Of a stretch of 51,883 bases of DNA, positions 26,372 through 34,928 are shown one piece after another; position 1 is the first letter of the stretch; every line of letters starts with the position of its first letter. The translations under genes and the position numbers were made by a program. The DNA comes from a virus: IMG/VR virus record IMGVR_UViG_3300002026_000042, positions 1 through 51,883 of that record; one strand, 5' to 3'. The notes under the pieces are model-generated. The model did no database searches, was not told the origin of the DNA, and saw only the letters and a list, made by a program, of their open reading frames with translations.

Positions 26372-26383
26372 CTTCTCAACTCC

Positions 26384-26686
26384 TTAACAACCGATTGTAA
26401 TCCCGTTTTGATCCCCACCATCCAGCCACCTGAAGAATGAATTGTTTATCAACTTTTTCAAACGAGGCGCGGTAAGCCTTGTCACAGGTGATCCAGAATA
26501 CACCACGATATACCCGTTCATCCCCTCGAAACAGCGTACTGGATTCTGGTTCCCGAACACAGCCCTCAGCATCTTTACCCGATCCTCTGGAATCTCGGCA
26601 AAGTCGATTTCAGCCGACGCCGTGACCGACTTGGCCTTGACAAGCGAACTCGCGACCATCTTCAACTCTTTCGCAATCCTGTTCAT
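26384..26686 (-). CDS. hypothetical protein (100 aa) with shared N-terminal leader
   Basis: ATG at 26686 follows the upstream stop (26697). Starts MNRIAKELKMVASSLVKA. Confidence 0.6.
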   Translation of the reverse strand: MNRIAKELKMVASSLVKAKSVTASAEIDFAEIPEDRVKMLRAVFGNQNPVRCFEGMNGYIVVYSGSPVTRLTAPRLKKLINNSFFRWLDGGDQNGITIGC

Positions 26687-26696
26687 AACACCATCC

Positions 26697-27755
26697 TTAA
26701 AAAGACCGTTCTGCAAACTCCCTACCGATCACACTGTCGGGCCAAGCATGAAACTCCTTCCACACCGCATCCTCGTCATTCATGTCAATTCCGAACTTTT
26801 CAGAAATCTCCTTCGTGATTAACTCCTTCGTCTTATCAGTCATTGACCTTGACGGCAAGACGAACTTGACCTGCGGAAGGGAATTATCCCGATTCGTGTA
26901 TTCATACAAGTCCTGCATCCCGTCAAAGCTCCCGTACTGGTACTTGCTAACCAGCTTGTTGACCGCCTCTGACGTCGGGCCATCAGCCCACCTGATGCTG
27001 ACTGAATTGCCGCCAGAATAAGAACTAGACCTGACCTCGAACTTGGTTCTAGGGAATGTCTTTTTCAGCAAGGTCTTGATTACAGCCGAAGCGGCAGCAT
27101 GATCGGTAGCGGCCTGCACCACCTTTGCGATCACCAGACCATTGACTTTGTTGAACCGACCAGCAACCTTACGGGAACCCATCTGACCGTTCAACGACTT
27201 GGCATAGATGATTGTCAGGGCAAGTCTCGCAACCTCCCACCCGTTCTCGTCCCCCGAATCAGCAAGGTCAAGAATCACGGAACGCGCCCCGCGCTTGTAC
27301 GTTTCGCGCTTCTCTGGGGTCATTTGGCTCAGCTTGTCGTAAACGATCTTTGACAGCTTCTGTATCTCCGAATCGGAAAGACCATGATCGTAAGCATCAA
27401 GTTCATCTTTCAGGAACGATAGAGGAAGCAATCCCCCACCAGACACCGTTTGATTGCGGGTCTTCTCCTCCGCCATCATGTCTGAAATAAGATCATTGAC
27501 CATGCGTGCTGTCGTCTGCCTGCTCGTGGATGTCTCATGGTCTAACGACCCGACACTCACATCCCAGAACCCATAGGTCTTCAACTCCCTGTCTGGCGGA
27601 TTCCATACTACCGTCAAGGGAATACCGTCAACCCGTCCGTCCAAGCGATACGCCCCGCTATACCCCAAAGGCTTCTTTTGCAACTTGCCTAGGTAATTGA
27701 CGCCAGCGACAATGCTTTTGGCCACCTGAATCAGATCTCTTGAAATCTTGTTCAT
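26697..27755 (-). CDS. leader-bearing protein (352 aa) with C-terminal polyvalent-protein-type domain (LPD29-like)
   Basis: Starts MNKISRDLIQVAKSIVAG. C-terminal FPRTKFEVRSSSYSGGNSVSIRWADGPTSEAVNKLVSKYQYGSFDGMQDLYEY resembles a large-polyvalent-protein-associated domain as I recall it. Internal GSRKVAG. Confidence 0.5.
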   Translation of the reverse strand: MNKISRDLIQVAKSIVAGVNYLGKLQKKPLGYSGAYRLDGRVDGIPLTVVWNPPDRELKTYGFWDVSVGSLDHETSTSRQTTARMVNDLISDMMAEEKTRNQTVSGGGLLPLSFLKDELDAYDHGLSDSEIQKLSKIVYDKLSQMTPEKRETYKRGARSVILDLADSGDENGWEVARLALTIIYAKSLNGQMGSRKVAGRFNKVNGLVIAKVVQAATDHAAASAVIKTLLKKTFPRTKFEVRSSSYSGGNSVSIRWADGPTSEAVNKLVSKYQYGSFDGMQDLYEYTNRDNSLPQVKFVLPSRSMTDKTKELITKEISEKFGIDMNDEDAVWKEFHAWPDSVIGREFAERSF

Positions 27756-27833
27756 TTGATTGCCCCGATAAAGAGAGACAAAGCGCAGGGAATGTGTTTT
27801 ACCACACCCCTATGCTTAGCCTCGATTCACGAC

Positions 27834-28076
27834 CTAGCTCGACTGATTCGCGTTCTGGTTGTAAGCAGACAGGTTATCGCTAACCGTGCCAGCCTTACCA
27901 ACACCAACGTGCTGCATGACGTCCTTCTCAATCGTCGGCTGCGGTTTGCCCCCGAGATTGACAAAGTTCGACACACGCGCTGGGGTAGCGATCTTGTTCT
28001 TGCCAAAGAACGCAATCTGCTCATCCTCCCGAACCCGCCCCGCTATCACTTCCTGATACGCATTCGCCATAGCCAT
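27834..28076 (-). CDS. hypothetical protein (80 aa)
   Basis: Minus-strand ORF in the array. Confidence 0.5.
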   Translation of the reverse strand: MAMANAYQEVIAGRVREDEQIAFFGKNKIATPARVSNFVNLGGKPQPTIEKDVMQHVGVGKAGTVSDNLSAYNQNANQSS

Positions 28077-28125
28077 AATCTTACCCTCACTTTCCTACCA
28101 ACACATCGACAACGTCAAACGCAGA

Positions 28126-28437
28126 CTACTCCGCCTTGACTTCAAGCCCCGTCGGATCCAGCTTGAACGTGAACGAATACGTCCGACTGATCGTATCATC
28201 CGCTGCCATCGCTTGCGCCTTGGTGATCGTCATCTTGGTCGCCTTGTCCGCAGCCGCCAACGCATTGAACACGCTGAACCACTGATCAACGAACGCAAAG
28301 ATGCAAGGCCGCGCATCCGCCGTACCCTGCGCCTCGGCAGAAGTCAACTGCTGGAAGCTCGTAAGCGGAACACTGATCGTGCCCGTCGCCTCGTCAAACC
28401 CAGTCATAAAATCATCATTTGTAGAAGCCCAAGCCAT
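28126..28437 (-). CDS. hypothetical protein (103 aa)
   Basis: Minus-strand ORF preceded by GGAGGTGG. Confidence 0.55.
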   Translation of the reverse strand: MAWASTNDDFMTGFDEATGTISVPLTSFQQLTSAEAQGTADARPCIFAFVDQWFSVFNALAAADKATKMTITKAQAMAADDTISRTYSFTFKLDPTGLEVKAE

Positions 28438-28496
28438 AATACCACCTCCTATATCTATCCATCACCACACTCGCGGGAACACCCCGCACTTAAACA

Positions 28497-30266
28497 CTAT
28501 TTCATCCGCCGCTTCAATTCCTTCTTGACTGCCACCGCGACAGGGCCTTTCCACGAGGACAGGTTTGACAGCAGGTAAGCCACAATCGAATAGCCGCTAT
28601 CCATACCGTATGAATCATCAATATGATCCATTCCGTACATGGCACTAAGATATGGCTTTGCCCCGAAATTAACCTGTTTGCCATTCGCCCTGTGATCCTT
28701 CTGGATCAATTCCGCGATGTCGCTTATCTTCATCAATTTAAGGTCAGCGGCAAGTTGTGGATCAGCGTCAACAGCAGCACGACGCGACCCCGAGAACTCC
28801 ATAGAAATGTCACCCTGCGAGTCCACGTCAATCTGGATGCTCTGCTTGACGACCTTGCTCGTCGGAACCTTGAACCTGCACTCGGGGCATACATACATCT
28901 TTTCTGTCCGCGTGAATGATTCCAAAGCCATTTCAGCCTTGCACTGCGGGCACTGTATAGGACTGCCTTCCTGCTCACACTTTGTCATCCTGTACGTCCT
29001 GTCGGGAGCGCACCAGTACATCGCCTTGCGACCACGACGGGACGCAACGGTCGGCTTAATCATCTCTGGCTTGAACGTGTCACGCTGGGTCTGCACAAGC
29101 TGCTGCATAACATCAAACCCACCACCGATAGGCTGCTCAACCCCACGGGCTTCGGGTTCCCCGACCGACTGCTCCGTCTGACCAATCGCCTGTTCCTCAG
29201 ATGCCGTTTTGCTATCCTTCTCATAAACCAGTGTGGACGTTGTCAGCCCAGCCCTTGTCCGAACCAGACTCCATCCAGCATTTTCAAGCGTAGCCTTCAT
29301 CTTCTCCGCCCGCCGAATGCTTCCCGAATCATTCCAGTCAACAATAATGGATTTCTGCTGGCCTGCCACTTTCCGCGAAGCCGTCTTGGCAAGCCCATTG
29401 TCAATGACAAGGATACCCGATCCGTCCTCCCCAGCCATCAGAACCTTCTGGTGCAACGACGCAGCCCCCGACTCCTCCTCCACCTGCTCCGCAAGGAACC
29501 ACGCGGACAGCGTCTTGACAGCCGCATTCTCGCCCTTCTGCGCTTCAGCATCAATCGTTTTCCAGCGAGCCGTCACCTGCATCTCGTGATCAAGCACATC
29601 CCGCGTGACCTCCGCCATACTCTCCCATGTCGTTGTCGGGGCTGGGATTTCAGGAAACGCCGATTGCGACCCCGTCTCCATAAGAACGTCCATGATCTTC
29701 TTGGCGTGCAACACTTCGTCATTGCCCTGACTATTAAGCCATCCAGCAAACCCATCAAGACCCTTTGCGCTAACCCAAGCAGACGCCGCCCAGTAGATGT
29801 ACGCCGAGTACAACTCGAACGCAACCTGCTGGTTAAGCATATCCTCCATCGGATCGGCAACGAAATCAGTCTGTTCCTCGCTCTCCTCGGGACTGTCAAT
29901 TCCGTCCTCCTCGTCAACTTGTTCGGTGTCATCTCCCGATCCGGGCTCTCGAGCATCTTCGCTGGCATCATCTTGGACATCGACCTCGGGCAAGACATCT
30001 TCTTCCGCAACCCGCATTGACGCGGTACGACGGGATGAGGCGGTGGCGTTCAGGACAAGCTGAACCTCCTCAGGATCATGCTGGGATATATCCCCGCCGC
30101 CCCAAGCAACCATCAGCTTGTTCGTTTTAGGGCATACGTCTCGAATGACCCCGTGAAAAGCGGAGTCCTTTACAATGACAGGACGAACCAGATCACCCAC
30201 ATTGAATTGGGCAACCATATCCCCGTTTCCACTACCCCATAATGAACTTGAACGTCTCGATCTCAT
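28497..30266 (-). CDS. multidomain protein with ferritin-like domain and zinc ribbon (about 589 aa)
   Basis: LNQQVAFELYSAYIYWAASAWVSAKGLDGFAGWLNSQGNDEVLHAKKIMDVLMETG matches the ferritin four-helix-bundle iron-site region. N-terminal SH3/Tudor-like segment, acidic linker, and CPQCKAEM...CPECRF zinc ribbon. Internal ASSRRTAS, TASRKVAG and GSRRAAV motifs. Start (30266 versus 30278) is uncertain. Confidence 0.65.
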   Translation of the reverse strand: MRSRRSSSLWGSGNGDMVAQFNVGDLVRPVIVKDSAFHGVIRDVCPKTNKLMVAWGGGDISQHDPEEVQLVLNATASSRRTASMRVAEEDVLPEVDVQDDASEDAREPGSGDDTEQVDEEDGIDSPEESEEQTDFVADPMEDMLNQQVAFELYSAYIYWAASAWVSAKGLDGFAGWLNSQGNDEVLHAKKIMDVLMETGSQSAFPEIPAPTTTWESMAEVTRDVLDHEMQVTARWKTIDAEAQKGENAAVKTLSAWFLAEQVEEESGAASLHQKVLMAGEDGSGILVIDNGLAKTASRKVAGQQKSIIVDWNDSGSIRRAEKMKATLENAGWSLVRTRAGLTTSTLVYEKDSKTASEEQAIGQTEQSVGEPEARGVEQPIGGGFDVMQQLVQTQRDTFKPEMIKPTVASRRGRKAMYWCAPDRTYRMTKCEQEGSPIQCPQCKAEMALESFTRTEKMYVCPECRFKVPTSKVVKQSIQIDVDSQGDISMEFSGSRRAAVDADPQLAADLKLMKISDIAELIQKDHRANGKQVNFGAKPYLSAMYGMDHIDDSYGMDSGYSIVAYLLSNLSSWKGPVAVAVKKELKRRMK

Positions 30267-30305
30267 TTCACCCTCCATACCCTTACCATAAATATCAAAA
30301 AAAAG

Positions 30306-30713
30306 TTATGCTATTTTCACCGGCCATTTCGGCGCAAACTTGCGATCACTGATTGTCACGTTGCGAATGTTGGACTGGACAAACGACTTGATATGCCGAT
30401 CCACCATATCGTAAGCATAAAGCACCTTGCGAAGCCCGATCTTCAAACGCCTGTACTTCCACTCGTATGGTGCAACCACATATGTCTTGAACTCCCCCGT
30501 GGTAATCTTCTTGTACCGTATGATCATCTGCGCCCGCCGCAACGCAGCCTCCCGAATCGTAAGCCGCTTGTTTCGGATTGCCCATAGCGTTCCCCGTGTC
30601 GGTTTCTTGCCAATCCGCTTCGGCTTGCGCCTCGGAGCCTTCGCCTCCTGCTCCCTTATGAACGCATCCCTGCTTACCTTGCCCTGTACCAACTCTGCGA
30701 AATCAATAGCCAT
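30306..30713 (-). CDS. small basic protein (135 aa) with WYL-like domain pattern
   Basis: ATG at 30713 lies 1 nt after the upstream stop. TYVVAPYEWKYRRLKIGLRKVLYAYDMVDRHIKSFVQSNI resembles the WYL domain core. Low-confidence motif call. Confidence 0.4.
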   Translation of the reverse strand: MAIDFAELVQGKVSRDAFIREQEAKAPRRKPKRIGKKPTRGTLWAIRNKRLTIREAALRRAQMIIRYKKITTGEFKTYVVAPYEWKYRRLKIGLRKVLYAYDMVDRHIKSFVQSNIRNVTISDRKFAPKWPVKIA

Positions 30714-30714
30714 A

Positions 30715-31047
30715 TCAAGGTCTCCTCGATGAACCCGTCGCCTCATCCGTCAACCCGCACCGATTGGCCTCGGAGGCAATCCCCAGAGTTTCCATCTCCT
30801 CGTTCTTCGCAAGATCATCAGCCGTCGGTGTTCCCGTGATCTTGGCGGCGGGATTGTCAGACCATGACCCGCACGCCGTACCGATCCTTGTGTCCGTTAT
30901 CGGTTCCTCCCGCAACGCCACACCAGCAGGCCCCCGACGCATCCAGTATAGCGCAGTACAATAAGCCTTGTGGACGCAAGACAGGCACCCCTGACCCGCA
31001 CGCCTTGCTGGCCTTATCGTCTGCGGGTATGGAAATGAAAGTGCCAT
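30715..31047 (-). CDS. Cys-rich hypothetical protein (110 aa)
   Basis: CLSCVHKAYC...CGSW. C-terminus ...TGSSRRP. Confidence 0.5.
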   Translation of the reverse strand: MALSFPYPQTIRPARRAGQGCLSCVHKAYCTALYWMRRGPAGVALREEPITDTRIGTACGSWSDNPAAKITGTPTADDLAKNEEMETLGIASEANRCGLTDEATGSSRRP

Positions 31048-31052
31048 CGCTA

Positions 31053-31340
31053 CTACTCCCCTCCGAACACACCGACCGCCTTTACCATGTCAGCCAGATA
31101 CGGCATGACCCCGTTCTCAAAAGCATCCCTGAACGAATCAAGACCCGCCTGCTGGGGGACGTTATCCGCCTTGATCTTGTCAATGTTGTCCTCTATCACC
31201 TTGGAGGCTGCAATCATCATGTCAATCGCCTGATCGACCAACGACATCGGCTCATCGTCAACCCCTTCCTCCGCTCCAACCCGACTCATTACACCCATCG
31301 CAACATTATCAGCCATAGCTGCCACCCTTTTGTTGTCCAT
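31053..31340 (-). CDS. hypothetical protein (95 aa)
   Basis: Starts MDNKRVAAMADNVAMGVMS, a weak match to the leader motif. Acidic helical remainder. Confidence 0.5.
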   Translation of the reverse strand: MDNKRVAAMADNVAMGVMSRVGAEEGVDDEPMSLVDQAIDMMIAASKVIEDNIDKIKADNVPQQAGLDSFRDAFENGVMPYLADMVKAVGVFGGE

Positions 31341-31343
31341 GAT

Positions 31344-32102
31344 CTAACCCTTCCTTCCCGCAACCTTGCGATCTGGCTCCGCCAGCCGATCCTCAATAAT
31401 ACCACCATCGTTCATAATGCTGTTGACAAGCGACTGCTCGATCACATACCACGAGCTGCCAAACTTGCGCTGCTGTTTGTATTTGAGAAGATTCTTATCC
31501 ATAGAGATAACCATTGCTGCCCACGGGTAGTTCCGCCGATCCAAATGCCGTTTTATGTCATTTCTTTCAAAAATAAACTGATTCTTGTTTATCACCTGAC
31601 AATACTTCTTCCCGTTGAAGTGATGAATCAAGACGACCCCGACAGTCTTTGCCTCCACGTCATCAGATACCTCCAGCACGTCAATCTGCTCGATCACGGG
31701 TATGTCAAGCCCCGACTTGCTTTTCATCTCCCGCAGCTTGGCGTAGAAGTTCGCCCCATGCCCTCCTGGCCTCTCATTCAACCCCAGTTTGGTCATCACC
31801 CACACATGGATCATCTCGTGTATAAGAATCGCGTCAGCCCTGTCCTGATCCATCTTCATAAAATCCGAAAGCTCCAGCTTCCTGACCGTTATGTCCGCCT
31901 GCCCCGTACGCTTGTATAATTCACGGTTAAGAATAAGTGCCCGAGCAACGACCCGACCGCCAATTGTCTTTGACCTAGTCCACCCCAGCGGCACATCAGT
32001 AAGCTCCCCGCCGAACAAGCGGGTATTCCAGTACCTGTACCGCGACTTTAGATCAAAGTCATCACGAATGCCAGCCGTACGATCTATATAATGCCTGTTC
32101 AT
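31344..32102 (-). CDS. SprT-like zinc metalloprotease domain protein (252 aa)
   Basis: YWNTRLFGGEL near the N-terminus and HExxH (AILIHEMIHVWV), as in the SprT/Spartan family. C-terminus ends DRKVAGRKG. No SD before the ATG. Confidence 0.65.
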   Translation of the reverse strand: MNRHYIDRTAGIRDDFDLKSRYRYWNTRLFGGELTDVPLGWTRSKTIGGRVVARALILNRELYKRTGQADITVRKLELSDFMKMDQDRADAILIHEMIHVWVMTKLGLNERPGGHGANFYAKLREMKSKSGLDIPVIEQIDVLEVSDDVEAKTVGVVLIHHFNGKKYCQVINKNQFIFERNDIKRHLDRRNYPWAAMVISMDKNLLKYKQQRKFGSSWYVIEQSLVNSIMNDGGIIEDRLAEPDRKVAGRKG

Positions 32103-32144
32103 ATAGCGTAGTCCAATTATTACTTTGTCAAAACCAGAACACCT

Positions 32145-33413
32145 TTAGGTTCCCCGCGTCACCCAATCAGGAACGACCTTAGACTTCCCGAAATAATAAG
32201 TATTCCCGTCAATACTCATAGACCCCCTTGAAGACTCTCCAATACTATCAGGCTTTTCATTGATAGAAACTGAATCAGCATCGGGAATCCCCACCGTCTT
32301 CCCATCAATACCCAAACTGTAAGCACTTGGCGATTCGCCCTCTAAAACACTCAAGAACTTGGATTTACCACTATCACTCATTGAATCCGCCATCTTCTTG
32401 AGCTTATCAGGAACAATAGCCATTAGTTTTTGTGCTCTGTCCATATGAAAAACAAAACCCTCAAATGGAAACCGAACCCTATTTTCCAATATATTCTGTT
32501 TCGCAGTGCGTCTATCAAAGGTTTGATGCTGGAGGTTTATTTCACCATTTATTTCCTTCAACCAAGCATTTAATAGGTCTGGATCTAAAGTCTTCAGATA
32601 ATCACCGACATCATTGTTAAGATATTTAACTAAGTCACTGAGATCATTTTCAGCCTTCCGAATGGCATCCGCAAAAACAGACTCAACTTCCGAGATGAAC
32701 TTGGAGGTCTGAGCCGCACTGAGCATATAGAAACTTTTGTAAGGATATCCAGCACCAACAAGTTGCCCCTTGTAGAGTCGCAACTTAAATCCACCCGACG
32801 TCAAAAACCCATGTTCCTGATAAATCCAGAACTTCTTTCGCTCTCTGCGTATCTCCCCACCCTTGTAAAAGGCATCAACATCAACCTCCACCTCGTCGCT
32901 ATATGCTTTGGTGATACCCCAACCGGTGGGAGGATGTATAAATGTAACCATCGGGGTTCTTATCTCATCTAAGTCCTCAAAAGTAACACCAGCATTACTA
33001 CTGCTTTTATCTGTCCACACCTCTTTCACAGGAGTGTGAGAATCATATTTCCACACCTTACCCTTCTCATACATATCCTGAATCTCTGAAGTCGGCTTTT
33101 TATTCAACTCCTCCTTCGTTTCTTCTTTCTTAACATCCCCGATCATGTTCAGGTAAAACACCTTCTCGACCTTGCGGGCGTCGTTTGCCTCGTACCCCTT
33201 GACCGCCATCTCCCCCTTCATCGGGAATACCTGCAACGGTACAAGCTCCCGCTTGCTCTTGGATCCATCCTTCTTCGTGTACTCGAACTGGACAGTATCC
33301 CCGTCCTTGATCGCCTCCTTGAACTCCCGCTCAAGATTGTCCTTCTCGTCAACCTTGCGAACACCAGCAGACAACACCTTGGCAATCCTAACTAATTCCT
33401 TAGCAATGTTCAT
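32145..33413 (-). CDS. leader-bearing protein (422 aa) with WYL-like N-terminal domain
   Basis: ATG at 33413 lies 7 nt after GGGAGG. Starts MNIAKELVRIAKVLSAG. TVQFEYTKKDGSKSKRELVPLQVF...VKGYE...KVFYLNMI is a WYL-like pattern. Confidence 0.55.
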   Translation of the reverse strand: MNIAKELVRIAKVLSAGVRKVDEKDNLEREFKEAIKDGDTVQFEYTKKDGSKSKRELVPLQVFPMKGEMAVKGYEANDARKVEKVFYLNMIGDVKKEETKEELNKKPTSEIQDMYEKGKVWKYDSHTPVKEVWTDKSSSNAGVTFEDLDEIRTPMVTFIHPPTGWGITKAYSDEVEVDVDAFYKGGEIRRERKKFWIYQEHGFLTSGGFKLRLYKGQLVGAGYPYKSFYMLSAAQTSKFISEVESVFADAIRKAENDLSDLVKYLNNDVGDYLKTLDPDLLNAWLKEINGEINLQHQTFDRRTAKQNILENRVRFPFEGFVFHMDRAQKLMAIVPDKLKKMADSMSDSGKSKFLSVLEGESPSAYSLGIDGKTVGIPDADSVSINEKPDSIGESSRGSMSIDGNTYYFGKSKVVPDWVTRGT

Positions 33414-33415
33414 AA

Positions 33416-34903
33416 TCACGCCTCCCATCGTTTCAAAAGTTCCCTCTCCGCCAGATCCTTGTCCAGCGGGATCCGTTTGACCGCAGCATCATCCATGATG
33501 TCCTGAACGATCCCCATAGCCCGCCCGACGTCCTTCCCAGGTTTGACCCCGAGAATACGCATGACGTCACGCCCGTCAAGAATAGGTTTCCCCCCGACTG
33601 GCGCGTCCTTGACCGCATCTTCAATCCGTTCCCGCAGATCAGGAATCTCGTTGTGCGACGGGATTGTCCCGAGTGAATCCGCCTCGGCCAGATCCAGAAC
33701 AGCATCCACCAGTTCCTCTCCCACCTCCCTAACAAACTTACGTATGGATTTTTCCGACACCCCTTCGTTCATCCGCCCGAGACTGTGTGGGCGCATGTGG
33801 TTTTCCACCAGTTTGCGAACCTTGCTGACCGCCGCGTTATCAAACTTCATCCGTCGCATCATTGCCTCAGCCATCTCCCCGCCCGCAACCTCGTGTCCGA
33901 TGAACTTGACGAACTCCCCGAACCGTTCCTGTGTTGCAGGTTTGCCGATGTCGTGAAGCAACGCCGCCATCTGCGACTCGACCCCCGGCTTCGCACCCTT
34001 CAGCACCATCAAGGTGTGTCTGAATACGTCCCCCTCTTGGTGCCATCCGCCTTTGTTCGTCTGCTCGACACCCTTGAGAGCTTCAACCTCTGGGAGAATA
34101 TGCTTCAGAAGACCGACCACGCTCATAGCCCGCACGGCCTGCGCCAGCTTCCCGATCTTCATCACCTTGACCAGCTCCTCCCTGACCCGCTCCGCCGACA
34201 CGATGGCGATCCTACCAGCGTTCGCCTTGACTATCTTCAGGACCGACAACGGAACCTTCCACCCGTATTTCGCTTGGAAACGAATAAGACGCATCATCCT
34301 TAGAGGATCGTCGCGAAGAATCTTGTTGAAGTCCACCCCCGGATGCCCCCTGAGAATCCCGTTCTGGATGTCCGAGACACTGGTTCCCGTGAGATCGACA
34401 AGCTCCCCGCTGGACAAGTCCTTCATCAGCATATTGACGGTGAAATCTCGACGCTCCACATCGTCCGCTATGCTTCCGGGAGTCGTGACCCGCTGTCTGC
34501 TATCCTCGTCTGGAAACGACTCTTTCTGAGAATCCGAAACCTCAAGCTCCCCGCCCTTTGTCTCGTAGACCTCCCCATCGAACTCTATGTCCTCCTTGAA
34601 CGTGATCTGCCAGATGGGATACCCCGCCCCAAGCTGCCGTGGAGTCGAGACCTCGTTACCGAACTGGTTCTTGATCCAGTGCGTGAACTCCTTTGCTCCT
34701 CCCTCCCCCTCCACGACTAGATCAAGGTCTTTCGCATCCAGTCCAAGTAGTTGATCCCGTACATATCCGCCGACCGCCATCACGCGACCCTTCCAAATGG
34801 AGCTAGGAAGAATTGCCTTCATCAGACGCTCTATCTCGGCCTCCGCAGACGACGCCTCCATATTCCTTGCAATCCTCAACAACTCACTCGCGATCTTGTT
34901 CAT
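33416..34903 (-). CDS. cca: class II tRNA nucleotidyltransferase (CCA-adding enzyme) with HD domain, preceded by shared leader
   Basis: AVGGYVRDQLLGLDAKDLDLVVEG (GGxVRD...DxD), RRDFTVN, DDPLRMMRLIRF, and HD motif ...H...LLHDIGKP. N-terminus MNKIASELLRIARNMEA. Confidence 0.85.
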   Translation of the reverse strand: MNKIASELLRIARNMEASSAEAEIERLMKAILPSSIWKGRVMAVGGYVRDQLLGLDAKDLDLVVEGEGGAKEFTHWIKNQFGNEVSTPRQLGAGYPIWQITFKEDIEFDGEVYETKGGELEVSDSQKESFPDEDSRQRVTTPGSIADDVERRDFTVNMLMKDLSSGELVDLTGTSVSDIQNGILRGHPGVDFNKILRDDPLRMMRLIRFQAKYGWKVPLSVLKIVKANAGRIAIVSAERVREELVKVMKIGKLAQAVRAMSVVGLLKHILPEVEALKGVEQTNKGGWHQEGDVFRHTLMVLKGAKPGVESQMAALLHDIGKPATQERFGEFVKFIGHEVAGGEMAEAMMRRMKFDNAAVSKVRKLVENHMRPHSLGRMNEGVSEKSIRKFVREVGEELVDAVLDLAEADSLGTIPSHNEIPDLRERIEDAVKDAPVGGKPILDGRDVMRILGVKPGKDVGRAMGIVQDIMDDAAVKRIPLDKDLAERELLKRWEA

Positions 34904-34928
34904 TTCTATCTCCTTTAGTCACACACCA

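Noticed and set aside
28473-28487. Hairpin GCGGG-aacac-CCCGC as a terminator
   Set aside because: On the transcribed strand it is not followed by a U-tract, and it sits only about 10 nt downstream of the stop of the upstream gene (28497). It is probably incidental.
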